Shown: piece by piece, positions 21,001 through 30,811 of the stretch
Numbering within the stretch: position 1 is the first letter of the stretch
Layout of the letters: each line of letters begins with the position of its first letter
NCBI GenBank assembly: GCA_018238155.1
Contig: JABCTZ010000037.1
Coordinates: 32,001 to 96,000, forward strand
DNA from: Candidatus Heimdallarchaeota archaeon
GTDB lineage: Archaea > Asgardarchaeota > Heimdallarchaeia > JABLTI01
Direction of reading: 5' to 3'
DNA: 64,000 nt
The notes under the pieces: generated by a model
What the model was told of the DNA's origin: nothing
The model's database searches: none
What the model saw: only the letters and a program-made list of their open reading frames with translations
Made by a program: the position numbers and the translations under genes

Positions 21001-21024
21001 GGCAAATAGCAACTGGTATCTCAC
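18013..21024 (-). CDS. ABC transporter permease, FtsX/MacB family (duplicated architecture)
   Basis: LGILIGVSLL, ERQRSIGILRAIG, ERTREIGMMRALG, PARRASKIPPSEALRY. Confidence 0.9.
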   Translation of the reverse strand: MRYQLLFAIKHALRGISRRKLKNIINTLGILIGVSLLAGVQVATDSLVNAMQETVSLRYGNADIVIQKGEFQPEFFNYSVYENLKNDPTIGQYIDGIAPRITNVVGANSNVTDQLEPIVTLLGVDEDLDKEFGDFVLDNQYGNNNYNFSDLVDKECLIGNNLAESLIDFKTDDSGLKEIKELPKLMPIQILYLNAQGNYSFYQLNIKGVVSISGKGVLDAGNAIFVKLDLAQDIFNVSTSKINNIVVSTTQGNDNALNVTKMLEDKLIADLGTEDGGRYDIDPQKFEAFRDVTDSINSFRIVLYVFGSLIIISGILLILNITMMNIDERQRSIGILRAIGMTQRQLLTTLITESVVLGGVGSLFGVGGGLLNGLMIIFLLENFLNIGQVLTNIPLIVNPIGLIISFAIGIVISSLAALYPAWKASRIDIVDTINEIQSAKVNKRSGDWSIYSGVILLIAGITTFTISLLIIPDWRWMMFVGSSLGILMGIGFTLARFINPRLAFNGFAVSWMFAGLLSVLVLNPYLSDIGVQDDQALYTFLIGMLGLVFGTIIFVALNLEWLSDRFNDIFQKFKKTRSLGIISMRYIGKKKTRSALTFAIFGVILTMNVFLAVFTGSFTLGFADFAENEEGGVDIIAYLPFPTYDPLDSIDKIKSSDENIENVVGMRFLYSLAGAITYIKFTTENATGVFEQAVPVPTNMWGINQEFLDMTEYNFVEVWDELEDDPWIETMNVSNNYVILPGLLREFSYDDASGVYSVNQTVGDKITIPQIDFALSNETHTVITLSNYTIAAFVETTSYSMHFSAFLFTSEDSPIFASIGYKDTAFLISVDSKLNTDQIVEISHKIEEQLIYFDTISLRHRIEVLLELVSQSINFMQAFVSLGLVVGVLGLIVVSLRGISERTREIGMMRALGFQRGEVITAVVIEIFAVALVGLIIGIINGFLLGYGMHSQYLLQYDFNFIIPWGTLGIFIGLTVLLSIISAVLPARRASKIPPSEALRYTG

Positions 21025-21295
21025 CCCAATGTTTCATTCAAACGATTATTATTGTAAATTGTTAAACATTGATATTCTAATTGATAAGATAATATTTTTT
21101 ATTAATTTTAAATGAAATGTTTATTATATATTACGTGTTTCCAAAAACGGTTTATCTACATTAACTTTTTGAAAGGGAATGAAATAAATGTTACAACCTC
21201 AAAAGATTTATTCACTAAAAATCCAATATAAGTAAGATTTTCAAAGCAAGAAATGTTTTATAAAATAAAAAATAAATAATTGCAGGTGCGAAATA

Positions 21296-22861
21296 ATGAG
21301 TCACTCGGAAGAGAAAGAAGCAGAAATAGTAAAATTCCCAGGAATTGCTAGTATATCTTTATCAATCACACCTATAGGTGAGTTTGAAAATTTCGATATG
21401 TTGGAAGCAGTTATCCGGGTCTATGATGAAAATGAAGAACAAATAATGAGGCAAAAAGCAAGATCACTACAGATTATTGCTAAAAATCTCAAACTGTTCA
21501 TTCAGAACAGAACCGATTTACCAATAAATGATCGAAGGATGTCAACTTGGTTTTCTGATTACTTAACAAAAATGGGTATTAAATTAGATGAAGAAGAATC
21601 CTATCAAATCATCAAAAAGGCTTCACAAGCTCTTGAAAGAGTATCTAAGGTTAATATAGAATTAGTTGAACCTTCAGATTTAGTGTCAATTGAAACTGAT
21701 GTCTTAGCTAATCTAATTGATTTAAAATCGGATCATTTAATGTCAGAAGACGAACTTAATGATCTATTAGAAAAACATCAAACACCAGTTACTAACAAAG
21801 TTGTTCGAACAATGACCTATATCAATAACGGAGGAGTTGAACACAAAGATACTCTTAATCTTGAAATTGTTCCTTCTGAACAAATTTTAGAACACACATT
21901 AGTAGCTTCTTTCAAAAATGAAACTGAAAAGGAATTAACAAAAGTTGTGATTTCAGATATTATACCTTTTGCTTACAAAATCCTTGATGTAACAAGTAAA
22001 GTAGGTGGAAAATATAAAAAGGAATTATTACCAAAAGGTTTGAAAATTATTTGGAAGGTAAGTTCGGTTGCGCCTGGTAAGGAAGTAAAAGTGTTCTATA
22101 AATTTGAACGAAGAATTCCTAGAACAATTTACATACGAAAGAATGAGGAAATTCGAATCGTACAAGATTACAATGCAATTGTCATTGAAAAACCAGAGGG
22201 TGAGCCAATAAAGAGGCACTTCATCTCAGAAGTTATTAATCTATTACCTGTGACATTGGATGAACTTGTTATTAGAGATTTAATTCCAACAGAAATGCAA
22301 GTAACAGAAAAAAGCATTACTGATGAAACGAAATTAATTGATTTCGGACAAAATTATGGAATAAACATTCAAGTTTCTGAAACAAATGTTGAAACTGGAA
22401 CCAAACATTTGAAGAAATATGAAATCATCCATGCTCCATTAATTTGGAAATTTAGCCTTATTTTACCTGTAAGTGATGAAGATTCGCGAGAAATTGCGGT
22501 AACAAAAATCCTTGAGCAAACACACAAAGAAGATACTTACATTTGTACAATTGTTGCATCAACTCCTGAACCTTGCAAAGTAATCTGTCAAGTAGAGGAT
22601 GGCTTAAAAGCAACTGAGTTCATGCCATCTGAACTTGCTCCGAATGCTTCGGGAAACACACTCACTTGGGAAATTGAGGAAAAATTAACCGTTTCATTGA
22701 TGCTTAAAGGAAAACTATCCAAACGTCCTCAACCACCTAAAGCAAAAATTGGCACCAAAGATTACGAAATCCCTGAAAGTAGCATTGTGATAGAAAGAAA
22801 GAGTAAGATAGTATCTATACCTTTCAGTCATGTTGCTCTTTACAGAAAAGCTTCAAGATAG
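21296..22861 (+). CDS. Soluble protein with repeated Ig-like beta-sandwich domains
   Basis: FKNETEKELTKVVISDIIP...IIWKVSSVAPGKEVKVFY; VINLLPVTLDELVIRDLIP; NTLTWEI; no signal peptide. Confidence 0.55.
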   Translation: MSHSEEKEAEIVKFPGIASISLSITPIGEFENFDMLEAVIRVYDENEEQIMRQKARSLQIIAKNLKLFIQNRTDLPINDRRMSTWFSDYLTKMGIKLDEEESYQIIKKASQALERVSKVNIELVEPSDLVSIETDVLANLIDLKSDHLMSEDELNDLLEKHQTPVTNKVVRTMTYINNGGVEHKDTLNLEIVPSEQILEHTLVASFKNETEKELTKVVISDIIPFAYKILDVTSKVGGKYKKELLPKGLKIIWKVSSVAPGKEVKVFYKFERRIPRTIYIRKNEEIRIVQDYNAIVIEKPEGEPIKRHFISEVINLLPVTLDELVIRDLIPTEMQVTEKSITDETKLIDFGQNYGINIQVSETNVETGTKHLKKYEIIHAPLIWKFSLILPVSDEDSREIAVTKILEQTHKEDTYICTIVASTPEPCKVICQVEDGLKATEFMPSELAPNASGNTLTWEIEEKLTVSLMLKGKLSKRPQPPKAKIGTKDYEIPESSIVIERKSKIVSIPFSHVALYRKASR

Positions 22862-22893
22862 ACGTAAAGTAAAAGAAAATTGGAAAATAGTTA

Positions 22894-23754
22894 CTATTTT
22901 CCTTTTCTTACTTCATTGAATTTTTTATTATATTCTTCCGCTGATGCTTGTAAATCAGAGGAATAAAGAATAGCGCGTCCGACGTTCAACATAACATTTT
23001 CGCCCCCATATTGGATAATTTTCTTTAAATCACCTTGTTGTTTTCCAATACCAGGAACTAACATTACAACTTCATTTCCAGCTAATCTCCGAATGATTTG
23101 GATATCTTCTGTAGTAACATGTCCAGTTGCACCAACAACCATCCCATCACCATTATTTATCTTAAGCTTCTCAGCGATAAATTCGTAGCCTTTTTTATTA
23201 TCAATAATACCCTCTTTCATAAAATGAATTGCATCAGGATTGGACATTAAAGTAAGTGTAATTAATCCTAAGCCTGCATTATGCGCACTCTCGAGACTAT
23301 TAGCAATATTTCCTGCAAAAGGAGAGAATGTTACTGCATCAAAACCCATTTCTTTCATCCAATAGAAACCAGAATCATTTGAAGAGCCAATATCACCTAT
23401 TTTCTGATCGAGAATAGAAACCAAACCTTGTTCATGGATCTTTTTATTCATTTTTTTGTAAGCTTCAATTCCCATATGAAAGATATACTGATTATTAGGT
23501 TTGATAGCACAACAGAAATCTTGAACACTCTCTAGAAAGTCATCAAAGAATGATAGGATTGCATCTTCATTAGATCGTCCATCTACAAAATAACCTTCTT
23601 TCATAACGTTTTTTTCTCTTTGGTGAGGGATTGCAGGGTCAAAACCGGCGCAAAGAATGGAGTCCTTTTCATCACGAGCTTTTTGATATTTCTTTAAAAA
23701 GTCCTTATCATAAGCAGTCATTATTATTTCAACCTTCTTTCTAAATTGTTTCAC
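22894..23754 (-). CDS. pyrF: Orotidine-5'-phosphate decarboxylase
   Basis: LCAGFDP, AIKPN, ILDQKIGDIGSS, LMSNP, VVGAT, LVPGIGKQQGD, NVGRAI. Confidence 0.93.
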   Translation of the reverse strand: MKQFRKKVEIIMTAYDKDFLKKYQKARDEKDSILCAGFDPAIPHQREKNVMKEGYFVDGRSNEDAILSFFDDFLESVQDFCCAIKPNNQYIFHMGIEAYKKMNKKIHEQGLVSILDQKIGDIGSSNDSGFYWMKEMGFDAVTFSPFAGNIANSLESAHNAGLGLITLTLMSNPDAIHFMKEGIIDNKKGYEFIAEKLKINNGDGMVVGATGHVTTEDIQIIRRLAGNEVVMLVPGIGKQQGDLKKIIQYGGENVMLNVGRAILYSSDLQASAEEYNKKFNEVRKGK

Positions 23755-23845
23755 AACTAGAATATTACTTTTGCTGAAAAAACAACATTATTAATTTAAA
23801 ATTAAAGAATAAACCTTATTTGTAATGGACATTAGTCAATAACTA

Positions 23846-24076
23846 GTGAATAACCCAATGAAAGTTCGTACTATCGGTTTTGCAGAGAAAATGTTTGGAT
23901 TCAAAGAAAAAGAGATTATCTTTGAAGGAACCAAGTTACTAAGTGAAGTTCTAGATTTTACTGAAATCCCACTGAATCTTATTGCAATTATAATAAATGA
24001 AAAAGCAGCAACCAAAGACCATGAAGTAAAAAATGAGGATAAAATAATAATAACCCAAATAGTTGCTGGTGGGTAA
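23846..24076 (+). CDS. MoaD/ThiS/SAMP ubiquitin-like protein
   Basis: IIINEK...VKNEDKIIITQIVAGG* (terminal GG). Confidence 0.85.
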   Translation: MNNPMKVRTIGFAEKMFGFKEKEIIFEGTKLLSEVLDFTEIPLNLIAIIINEKAATKDHEVKNEDKIIITQIVAGG

Positions 24077-24261
24077 AATTAATTCAACATTGAATCAATA
24101 AAGAGCCCAAATTTACTACCAGTGTAATCATTCACTTAACTGAAAAGTTCGACAGTGTAACAGTAGAAAAAATTGCTCTGAAGCAGCAGAATATCTTGGA
24201 TTAATTATTGAGAAAGAAAAAATAGCAGCCTTACATTGACTGCTTTCTTTTATTTAATCAT

Positions 24262-25125
24262 TTATTTTATTATATCAAGAGACAAATCTATTGATTTGAA
24301 AGAATGAGTTAGAGCACCGGAAGAAATAATATCTGCACCCAATTTTGCGTACTGAACAATATTCTCTTTATTAATTCCACCACTTAATTCCAATATCACT
24401 CTATTACGTAGCTTGTTTTTCTCTAAAATCTCAATGGCTTTTGCAACTTCCTTTGGACTCATATTATCCAACATAATAATATCTGCGCCTGCTTTTGCTG
24501 CTTCAAGCATTGTATCATAGTCTTCTACTTCTACTTCGATTTTCTTTGAAAAACTTAGATGTTTCTTCAATTGTTCAATCGCAGTTGTAATTGATGTAAA
24601 TAAAACCCGGTGATTATCTTTGAGAAGAACCATATCATCTAATCGCAACCGATGAGTATCTCCACCACCACAAGTAACGGCATATTTCTCAAAGAGACGC
24701 ATACCAGGAGTGGTTTTTCGTGTCGCAGCAATTACCGTTTTAGAATCTTTAGGGACTTGCTGAACAAATGAGGCTGTTTTTGTTGCGATACCGCACATCC
24801 TTGCTAAGAGATTGAGAGCCAGCCTTTCTCTAAGTAGAATATTTTTCATTGAACCATAAATGAGTGCAATGTCTTGATTTTTTACCAATCTATCTCCATC
24901 ATTTGCTTTTAGGATAACTTCACATCCTAAAGATTGGAATATATCAGAAATTAATACTGCGCCGGAAAGAACACAATCTTCTCGAGTGAAAAGTCGTGCT
25001 TGTGCTTGTTTTTCATCAGGGATTAGAATTTCAGAAGTGATATCACCATATCCCTCATCTTCTATTATGAAACTTTTCAGCAATTCACCTGCAAGTGTTT
25101 TTGGAAAAGGATAGATTCTCTTCAT
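24262..25125 (-). CDS. nadC: Nicotinate-nucleotide pyrophosphorylase
   Basis: GDITS, ERLALN, ATRKTTPG, HRLRLDDMVLLKDNH, IEVEV, IMLDN, SGGI, SGALTHS. Confidence 0.97.
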   Translation of the reverse strand: MKRIYPFPKTLAGELLKSFIIEDEGYGDITSEILIPDEKQAQARLFTREDCVLSGAVLISDIFQSLGCEVILKANDGDRLVKNQDIALIYGSMKNILLRERLALNLLARMCGIATKTASFVQQVPKDSKTVIAATRKTTPGMRLFEKYAVTCGGGDTHRLRLDDMVLLKDNHRVLFTSITTAIEQLKKHLSFSKKIEVEVEDYDTMLEAAKAGADIIMLDNMSPKEVAKAIEILEKNKLRNRVILELSGGINKENIVQYAKLGADIISSGALTHSFKSIDLSLDIIK

Positions 25126-26078
25126 GTCAATTCAAACATCCTTAATATTGCTTTTTCCGCTTTTTCATTGATTTCTTTTGGTATGATAATTTCATGTTGT
25201 TCATATAAAAGGGAATCTCGAACAAGTTCCAATGTATTCTTTTTCATATTTTTACATATTGCAGTATCTTTTGCTAGAATAAAATTCTTTTCGGGATGAT
25301 CATGATTTAACCGATCTACCAAACCCTTTTCTGTTGCAACAATGATATTTTTTGCTTCTGTTTCTTTTCCAAAGAAAATCATTGCTGCTGTAGAACCAAT
25401 AAAATCAGCAATGTCTTGTACTTCAGGATTACATTCCGGATGAGCAATAACAACTGCATCTTGAAACTCTTTTTTCAGAGCAGAAATAGTTTGAACATCA
25501 AATCTTCGATGAACATAACAATGACCATTACGAGGTATTGGTAATATTTCAACTTCAGGTAATGTTTTCTGCACATAAAATCCTAGATTTTTATCAGGAC
25601 CGAAGAAGACTTTCTTCACTCCGAGATTTTTTACTACAGTAGCAGCATTGCTACTTGTACAGGTTGTATCTGCAGCAGCTTTTGTTTCAGCTGTTGTATT
25701 CACATAAACAACAACTGGTATATCCTCACCATATTCTTTGCGAGCCTTTTCAATTAGCTCTGCACTGCATTGGTCAGCCATTGGGCATCCGGCATCAGGA
25801 TTTGGAATGAGAACTTTCATTTTAGGGTTCAGAATTTTTGCTGTTTCAGCCATGAAATGTACCCCCGCAAAAACAATCATTTTAACGTTTTTTGCATCAC
25901 GCGCAGCTTTACTCAGTCCTAATGAGTCCCCAACAAGATCAGCAACTTCTTGAATTTCTAATTCTTGATAATAGTGTGCTAAAATAAAAGCATTTTTTTC
26001 CTTCTTAAGTTTTTGAATCTCCTCTTGGAGGTGGGCAATTTCTTCTGGTGTTTTTTTAACTGGTACTTTAGAAGCCAT
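25122..26078 (-). CDS. nadA: Quinolinate synthase
   Basis: ILAHYYQ, GDSLGL, GVHFMAETAKILNP, AGCPMA, YVNT, CTSSNA, PDKNLG, CYVH, AHPEC, CKNMK; overlaps nadC by 4 nt. Confidence 0.97.
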   Translation of the reverse strand: MASKVPVKKTPEEIAHLQEEIQKLKKEKNAFILAHYYQELEIQEVADLVGDSLGLSKAARDAKNVKMIVFAGVHFMAETAKILNPKMKVLIPNPDAGCPMADQCSAELIEKARKEYGEDIPVVVYVNTTAETKAAADTTCTSSNAATVVKNLGVKKVFFGPDKNLGFYVQKTLPEVEILPIPRNGHCYVHRRFDVQTISALKKEFQDAVVIAHPECNPEVQDIADFIGSTAAMIFFGKETEAKNIIVATEKGLVDRLNHDHPEKNFILAKDTAICKNMKKNTLELVRDSLLYEQHEIIIPKEINEKAEKAILRMFELT

Positions 26079-26239
26079 AGAAAACCAAACGACCTTTGAA
26101 TCATTTATAATAGAAGTTCTTTTCTTCTATACAATTAAAACCTTCGCTTAGCTATCTTAGCTTAAAGATTAGTTTAAAAAAATAAATGATTCAAGAGCAT
26201 TTAGGAGAAAAAATTCAAAGTGCTCTTGTCTAGATAAGG

Positions 26240-27028
26240 TCATACTCGAGACATTCGGGCAAGCACTTCATCAACTGCGCCAATTAACCCTTCAATATTT
26301 CGTGCATCTAACTCTTTTACTCGTTCGCGATATTCTTCTTCAGTTAATTCACCAACTTGATGACGAGCAAATAATTCTTCTTTCTTGGCTATTGTTTCCT
26401 CCTTATCATAAAGGAGATTATCACGATATTGTTTGAGTTTTGCTTCTTCTTCATCAACTTTAGCTTCTGTAGCTTCTTCTTTATCCTTGTATTCGCGCTT
26501 TAACCGATCGTAAGTTGAATCTTGAATGCGACCTTCTTTGTAAATATCTTCTAATTTTTCTTGACGTTCACGCATTTCAATAACATCTTGTACAAGATTC
26601 AAAAGAGATGCCGAAGCCATTGCTTTTCGTTTCACATCTATTGATTTTTCATGTTTTTTAATTTCGGCTGCTATTTTCTTTAAATCAGCTTCATATTCTT
26701 TTTCAGTTATTGCTTCTTCAACTCTGAATTTAATCTCCAATGTGTCTTTATCTTTGTTTAGAGACTCAACCTTCTTCTGGATAGGAATAATTTTAGAAAG
26801 AGCTAGAAGTGATTCTTCTTCCTCTGGTGTTAATTCCACCTTTACTTTAGGAGGTTTCTTTGAGCTAGAACGTGGTTTAGTTTTTTCTTCAACTATCTCC
26901 ACCACAGGTTCTTCTTCTACATTTACTTGAGAAGTGGATTTTTCTTTTTCTAACTTTGTACCACAGGATCTACAAAAACGAGCACCGGGTATTGCTCTTG
27001 CACCACATTTAGAACAAAACTTTACCAT
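26240..27028 (-). CDS. Zinc-ribbon plus CdvA-like coiled-coil protein
   Basis: FCSKCG...FCRSCG; three helix-turn units (FRVEEAITEKEY, YKEGRIQDSTY, HQVGELTEEEY) within a coiled coil. Confidence 0.65.
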   Translation of the reverse strand: MVKFCSKCGARAIPGARFCRSCGTKLEKEKSTSQVNVEEEPVVEIVEEKTKPRSSSKKPPKVKVELTPEEEESLLALSKIIPIQKKVESLNKDKDTLEIKFRVEEAITEKEYEADLKKIAAEIKKHEKSIDVKRKAMASASLLNLVQDVIEMRERQEKLEDIYKEGRIQDSTYDRLKREYKDKEEATEAKVDEEEAKLKQYRDNLLYDKEETIAKKEELFARHQVGELTEEEYRERVKELDARNIEGLIGAVDEVLARMSRV

Positions 27029-27337
27029 TTTTTATCAGCTACCATATTATTAGTAATGTATAACGTCACAATCTGGTATTTATTAATATTTCAATATCAG
27101 AGATTAAAAACAATAAGCAGAGAGCTTTTTAATTAGATTATTGTTTTATGTTATATTTAACTAATATATATAATGAAAGCAATATAGATTTTGCCATTTG
27201 TTAACAAAAAACAAATTCCGCTATAACGTAATGCTAATATATGGTTTTCTGAAGCTACTAGTACTAGAACATTTGACGAAATAGATATTTCCGAAAGGAA
27301 AATTGAATGGAATCTAATTCAATAGAGAAGTGCGAAT

Positions 27338-29143
27338 ATGGCGGAAAACAATGACCAAGAAAAATCATCAAGCATGCTAAATGGTGAATCAGATTTAGAT
27401 GGTAAGATGATTATTGATTCGAGGGGAGAAGAAGTTGGCATTTGTAAAGCAGTTAATATTGGAGAGGATGGGCAAATTAGTTTGAGCTTTGAAGTTGTAA
27501 TCAATGAAAAACAAGTCATCCCAACTCAAACAATTCCCTATAATGTTATTAGCAAAATTACTGATGTAATTGAATTAAGAGTTCCAATTAATATTAAAGT
27601 AGCACAGTCATCAGATGAAATCAAAACTCAAGATGAAATAAAAGAAACAAAAGTATTGGAAGAGCAAAAAGAATTAATTGAAGTAAAAAAACCGCAAGAA
27701 ATGGTTATTGCTGAACCTGAGACATCAAAATCAGCAGATGATTCTACTAAATCTAATGAAGAGAACATAATTGAGCCAAGCAAACATGCGCCTATGAAGA
27801 AAACAGAACCTGTAATTGATAAAACGATTAAAACTTTCAACAAAACTCAACTAATTGCAGCTGAAAAATTAACTGGTAAAATTGAAATACCACAAGCAGA
27901 TGCTACGCAACAATTATCAAAAGCACTCAAAGAAGAAGATTTTCCTAAAACAAAAACGAAACTTACTTCTACAAATGAAGAAGTAAAAAAATTAACAGTC
28001 GGATTAGAAGAATCCGTTAGAAAAATAGAACGCTTATTTAAATTAGTAACTGAGGGTGACGAGGAAACAAAAGTTGAAGCAATTAAAGCTTTAACATATC
28101 TAACTACAATCTCTCCTGAACTAGGCTTAAGTCTAATACCTAAATTGATGGAATTAAATGATGAACCTAATCAAGTAGTCAGATTAAATATAGCTCAACA
28201 ACTGGAAGTTATTGGTGAAGCAAATCCCGAACTTTTTAATGGTTATTATCTAGAATTATTAGAAAATGCATACGAAGAACCAATCGAAGAAATAAGAGAA
28301 CAACTAGTAAAAAGTCTTCATGAAATTGCAAGGAAGGATGCAAATATTGCATGTACTGATCTAGAAGTATTTTTAGAAGATGTTATCATTGGAAAACGGG
28401 TACCTGAAGTACCAGCAAAAGTACTGCACGATGTTACTCTTAAAGTAGTTTCGGGAAATTTCAAGCTAACAAAAATAGCTATTCGAGCACGATTGAAATT
28501 TATTGCTCAGGGAGGAAAGCTAGGAGAACGTTGTACAGAAGAACTCGAAGACTATAACGCAACTCTAATTGGACTTACCTTGATTGAAACTCACTCTCCT
28601 AAAGAAGCAGAAAAATTGATGAAGAGTACAAATTTTAAGAAACTTGGACCAATTTTTATTGAAGTAATTAATCAGATGATTGCTGCTTACAGTGAAGGAT
28701 CAATTAAGCAGCTTGAAGAAGCGGTAGATAAGAAAATAATCATTTCAATAGAAGTAATTGAACGATTCTTTGAAAGAAAAATAATAAAAACTCTTGAAGG
28801 AATGAAAAACGTTCCAATGGAAGTATTTTTTGGGAGTTCAATTGTTACACCTGAAGAAGCAGAAAAAATCATCTATCGGCTTGTTGTTCAGAAGCGGATA
28901 AATGCGTCAATCAACATAAATGGCAATCGTACTTTTATCACCTCTCTAGATGTAGAAAAATCAAATGGAAAAAATATAGAAAAGCCAAAAGTCACTAAAC
29001 AACCCGCGAAGAAAACTACTACAAAAAAGAAAACAACTACAAAGCAGGCACCAAAGAAAACAGCTTCAAAAGCTACTGCTCCAAAGAAGAAAACAAGTAC
29101 AACAAAAAAATCAACAGCAAAAAAACAAACTAAAGATAAATAA
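27338..29143 (+). CDS. PRC-barrel + HEAT-like repeats + PCI-like winged helix + Lys/Thr-rich tail
   Basis: LDGKMIIDSRGEEVGIC...IPYNVISKITDVIEL (PRC); DEETKVEAIKAL, DEPNQVVRLNIA, EEPIEEIREQLV (HEAT); EEAEKIIYRLVVQKRINASI (wH); KKTTTKKKTTT tail. Confidence 0.65.
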   Translation: MAENNDQEKSSSMLNGESDLDGKMIIDSRGEEVGICKAVNIGEDGQISLSFEVVINEKQVIPTQTIPYNVISKITDVIELRVPINIKVAQSSDEIKTQDEIKETKVLEEQKELIEVKKPQEMVIAEPETSKSADDSTKSNEENIIEPSKHAPMKKTEPVIDKTIKTFNKTQLIAAEKLTGKIEIPQADATQQLSKALKEEDFPKTKTKLTSTNEEVKKLTVGLEESVRKIERLFKLVTEGDEETKVEAIKALTYLTTISPELGLSLIPKLMELNDEPNQVVRLNIAQQLEVIGEANPELFNGYYLELLENAYEEPIEEIREQLVKSLHEIARKDANIACTDLEVFLEDVIIGKRVPEVPAKVLHDVTLKVVSGNFKLTKIAIRARLKFIAQGGKLGERCTEELEDYNATLIGLTLIETHSPKEAEKLMKSTNFKKLGPIFIEVINQMIAAYSEGSIKQLEEAVDKKIIISIEVIERFFERKIIKTLEGMKNVPMEVFFGSSIVTPEEAEKIIYRLVVQKRINASININGNRTFITSLDVEKSNGKNIEKPKVTKQPAKKTTTKKKTTTKQAPKKTASKATAPKKKTSTTKKSTAKKQTKDK

Positions 29144-29231
29144 TTTTGTCAACATGTTTTTTGCTTATTGTAACTATTTTTACTAAAAGATTAATTAATA
29201 ATATAGTCAGTAAAATTACTGGGGATATCCA

Positions 29232-30227
29232 ATGAAATTACTGATTACAGGTGGAACAGGATTCTTAGGTGGATTTGTTCTAAAAGAATTAGAAAATCCT
29301 ATCTACAAAGAAAAATTCTCTTTAGAGAAAATAAGGCTCTTTGTAAGAAGTGCTAAAAAAGCAGAGAAGATAAAAAGTAAGCTATACGAATTTGAAATTA
29401 TTGAAGGAAGCATTACTGATAAAGAAGCAGTACAAAAAGCAACAGAAGGGATAGATTCAGTTCTGCATATTGCAAGCAAGTATAGTATACATGGCAAGAA
29501 AAAGGATTTCATCACCACAAATGTAGATGGAACAGCTAATTTACTGAATGCACTTGCACCTGGTTCAACATTCATCTTAACTTCATCAATTGCAATTTAT
29601 GGTTACAACGCTAATAAGGGCAAACCATTTACAGAAGATTACGAACCAAAGAAACCATTCTGGCATTATCAAGTAACAAAGAAAATGCAAGAAGATCTAG
29701 CAAGGGAAAAGTGCAAAGAAAAAGGAATAACTTTTGTTGCTTTAAGACCACCAATGATTTCAGGACCAGGGGATGAACCAACAAAGATATTCATTGAGAA
29801 TCTTGAAAAAAGAAGAATTGTTTTGTGTAGAGGAGGAAATGGATTCATCCCTGTTGTACATCCTACAGATGCAGCAAAAGCACATTTACTGGCACTGGAG
29901 AAAGCTGCAGAAGTCGATGGTGAAGCATTTCATTTTTCTAGTTTTCATGTGAAATTCAAAGACTTTGCTAATGCCTTTACAAAAGAGTTAGGTATCAAAA
30001 AAATCAAAATGAGAGTCCCTTACTGGTTTATTTATTCATTTGCTACAGTTTTAGAGTTCTTACCGTTTAATACCCCCTATTCCCGATTTGCAGTGAAATT
30101 CCTAGGAGGGTCAGACCAACTAGACAATTCAAAAATAACTGAAAAATTAGGTTATCAACCAACCTTTAAACTAGAAGAAACAGTCAAAGAAAGCGTCGAT
30201 TGGTATAAAACATTAATGTCCAAATAA
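29232..30227 (+). CDS. NAD-dependent epimerase/dehydratase (extended SDR)
   Basis: ITGGTGFLG, TNVDGT, TSSIAIYG, YQVTK, LRPPMISGPGD. Confidence 0.9.
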   Translation: MKLLITGGTGFLGGFVLKELENPIYKEKFSLEKIRLFVRSAKKAEKIKSKLYEFEIIEGSITDKEAVQKATEGIDSVLHIASKYSIHGKKKDFITTNVDGTANLLNALAPGSTFILTSSIAIYGYNANKGKPFTEDYEPKKPFWHYQVTKKMQEDLAREKCKEKGITFVALRPPMISGPGDEPTKIFIENLEKRRIVLCRGGNGFIPVVHPTDAAKAHLLALEKAAEVDGEAFHFSSFHVKFKDFANAFTKELGIKKIKMRVPYWFIYSFATVLEFLPFNTPYSRFAVKFLGGSDQLDNSKITEKLGYQPTFKLEETVKESVDWYKTLMSK

Positions 30228-30467
30228 ACATCACCTTAAATTAAGTGATAATTTGGAGTGTAATCCTTAATCAGATATTTATTGACACAAGAATAATACT
30301 GAGCTGAGAAGTACATTTAAAATGTTAGAGAAATCAACTAACACAAGTAGTAATCGTCTTAGTGAACAATACAATAATTTTAAAAATAGCAAATTTCGAT
30401 TTAAGCGAAAGACACATAAAGAGTAAGCAAGTGTCTCCAAAACGTGAAACAAACGGAGAAATGAACT

Positions 30468-30629
30468 ATGCCCGTTGCCGATCCAGAGAAACGAGAAATC
30501 GCCCGAAGAAAGTTACTTTACGTTCAAGTTTGTAGAAAATGTTATGCAAGAAATGCTTTACGTGCAGTGAAATGCCGAAAATGTGGTTCAAAAAGATTAA
30601 GACCAAAGAACCGTGAAAGCAAAGGATAG
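30468..30629 (+). CDS. rpl40e: 50S ribosomal protein L40e (53 aa, below ORF-track cut-off)
   Basis: MPVADPEKREIARRKLLYVQVCRKCYARNALRAVKCRKCGSKRLRPKNRESKG*. Confidence 0.95.
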   Translation: MPVADPEKREIARRKLLYVQVCRKCYARNALRAVKCRKCGSKRLRPKNRESKG

Positions 30630-30811
30630 TTCGATAATTATTCTTCTTTTATCCTTTTCATCTATTATTTATTTTATTTTTCACTATTTGATTTTAAGGT
30701 TAAACAAAGTACAGCTATTTCCATCAGAAATTTTTCTTATTTCTTGTTCTCTAGAAAAAATTTCTCCTATTTAGACAAAAAATTAATTGATGTCATCCAC
30801 CGTTCCTTTTT

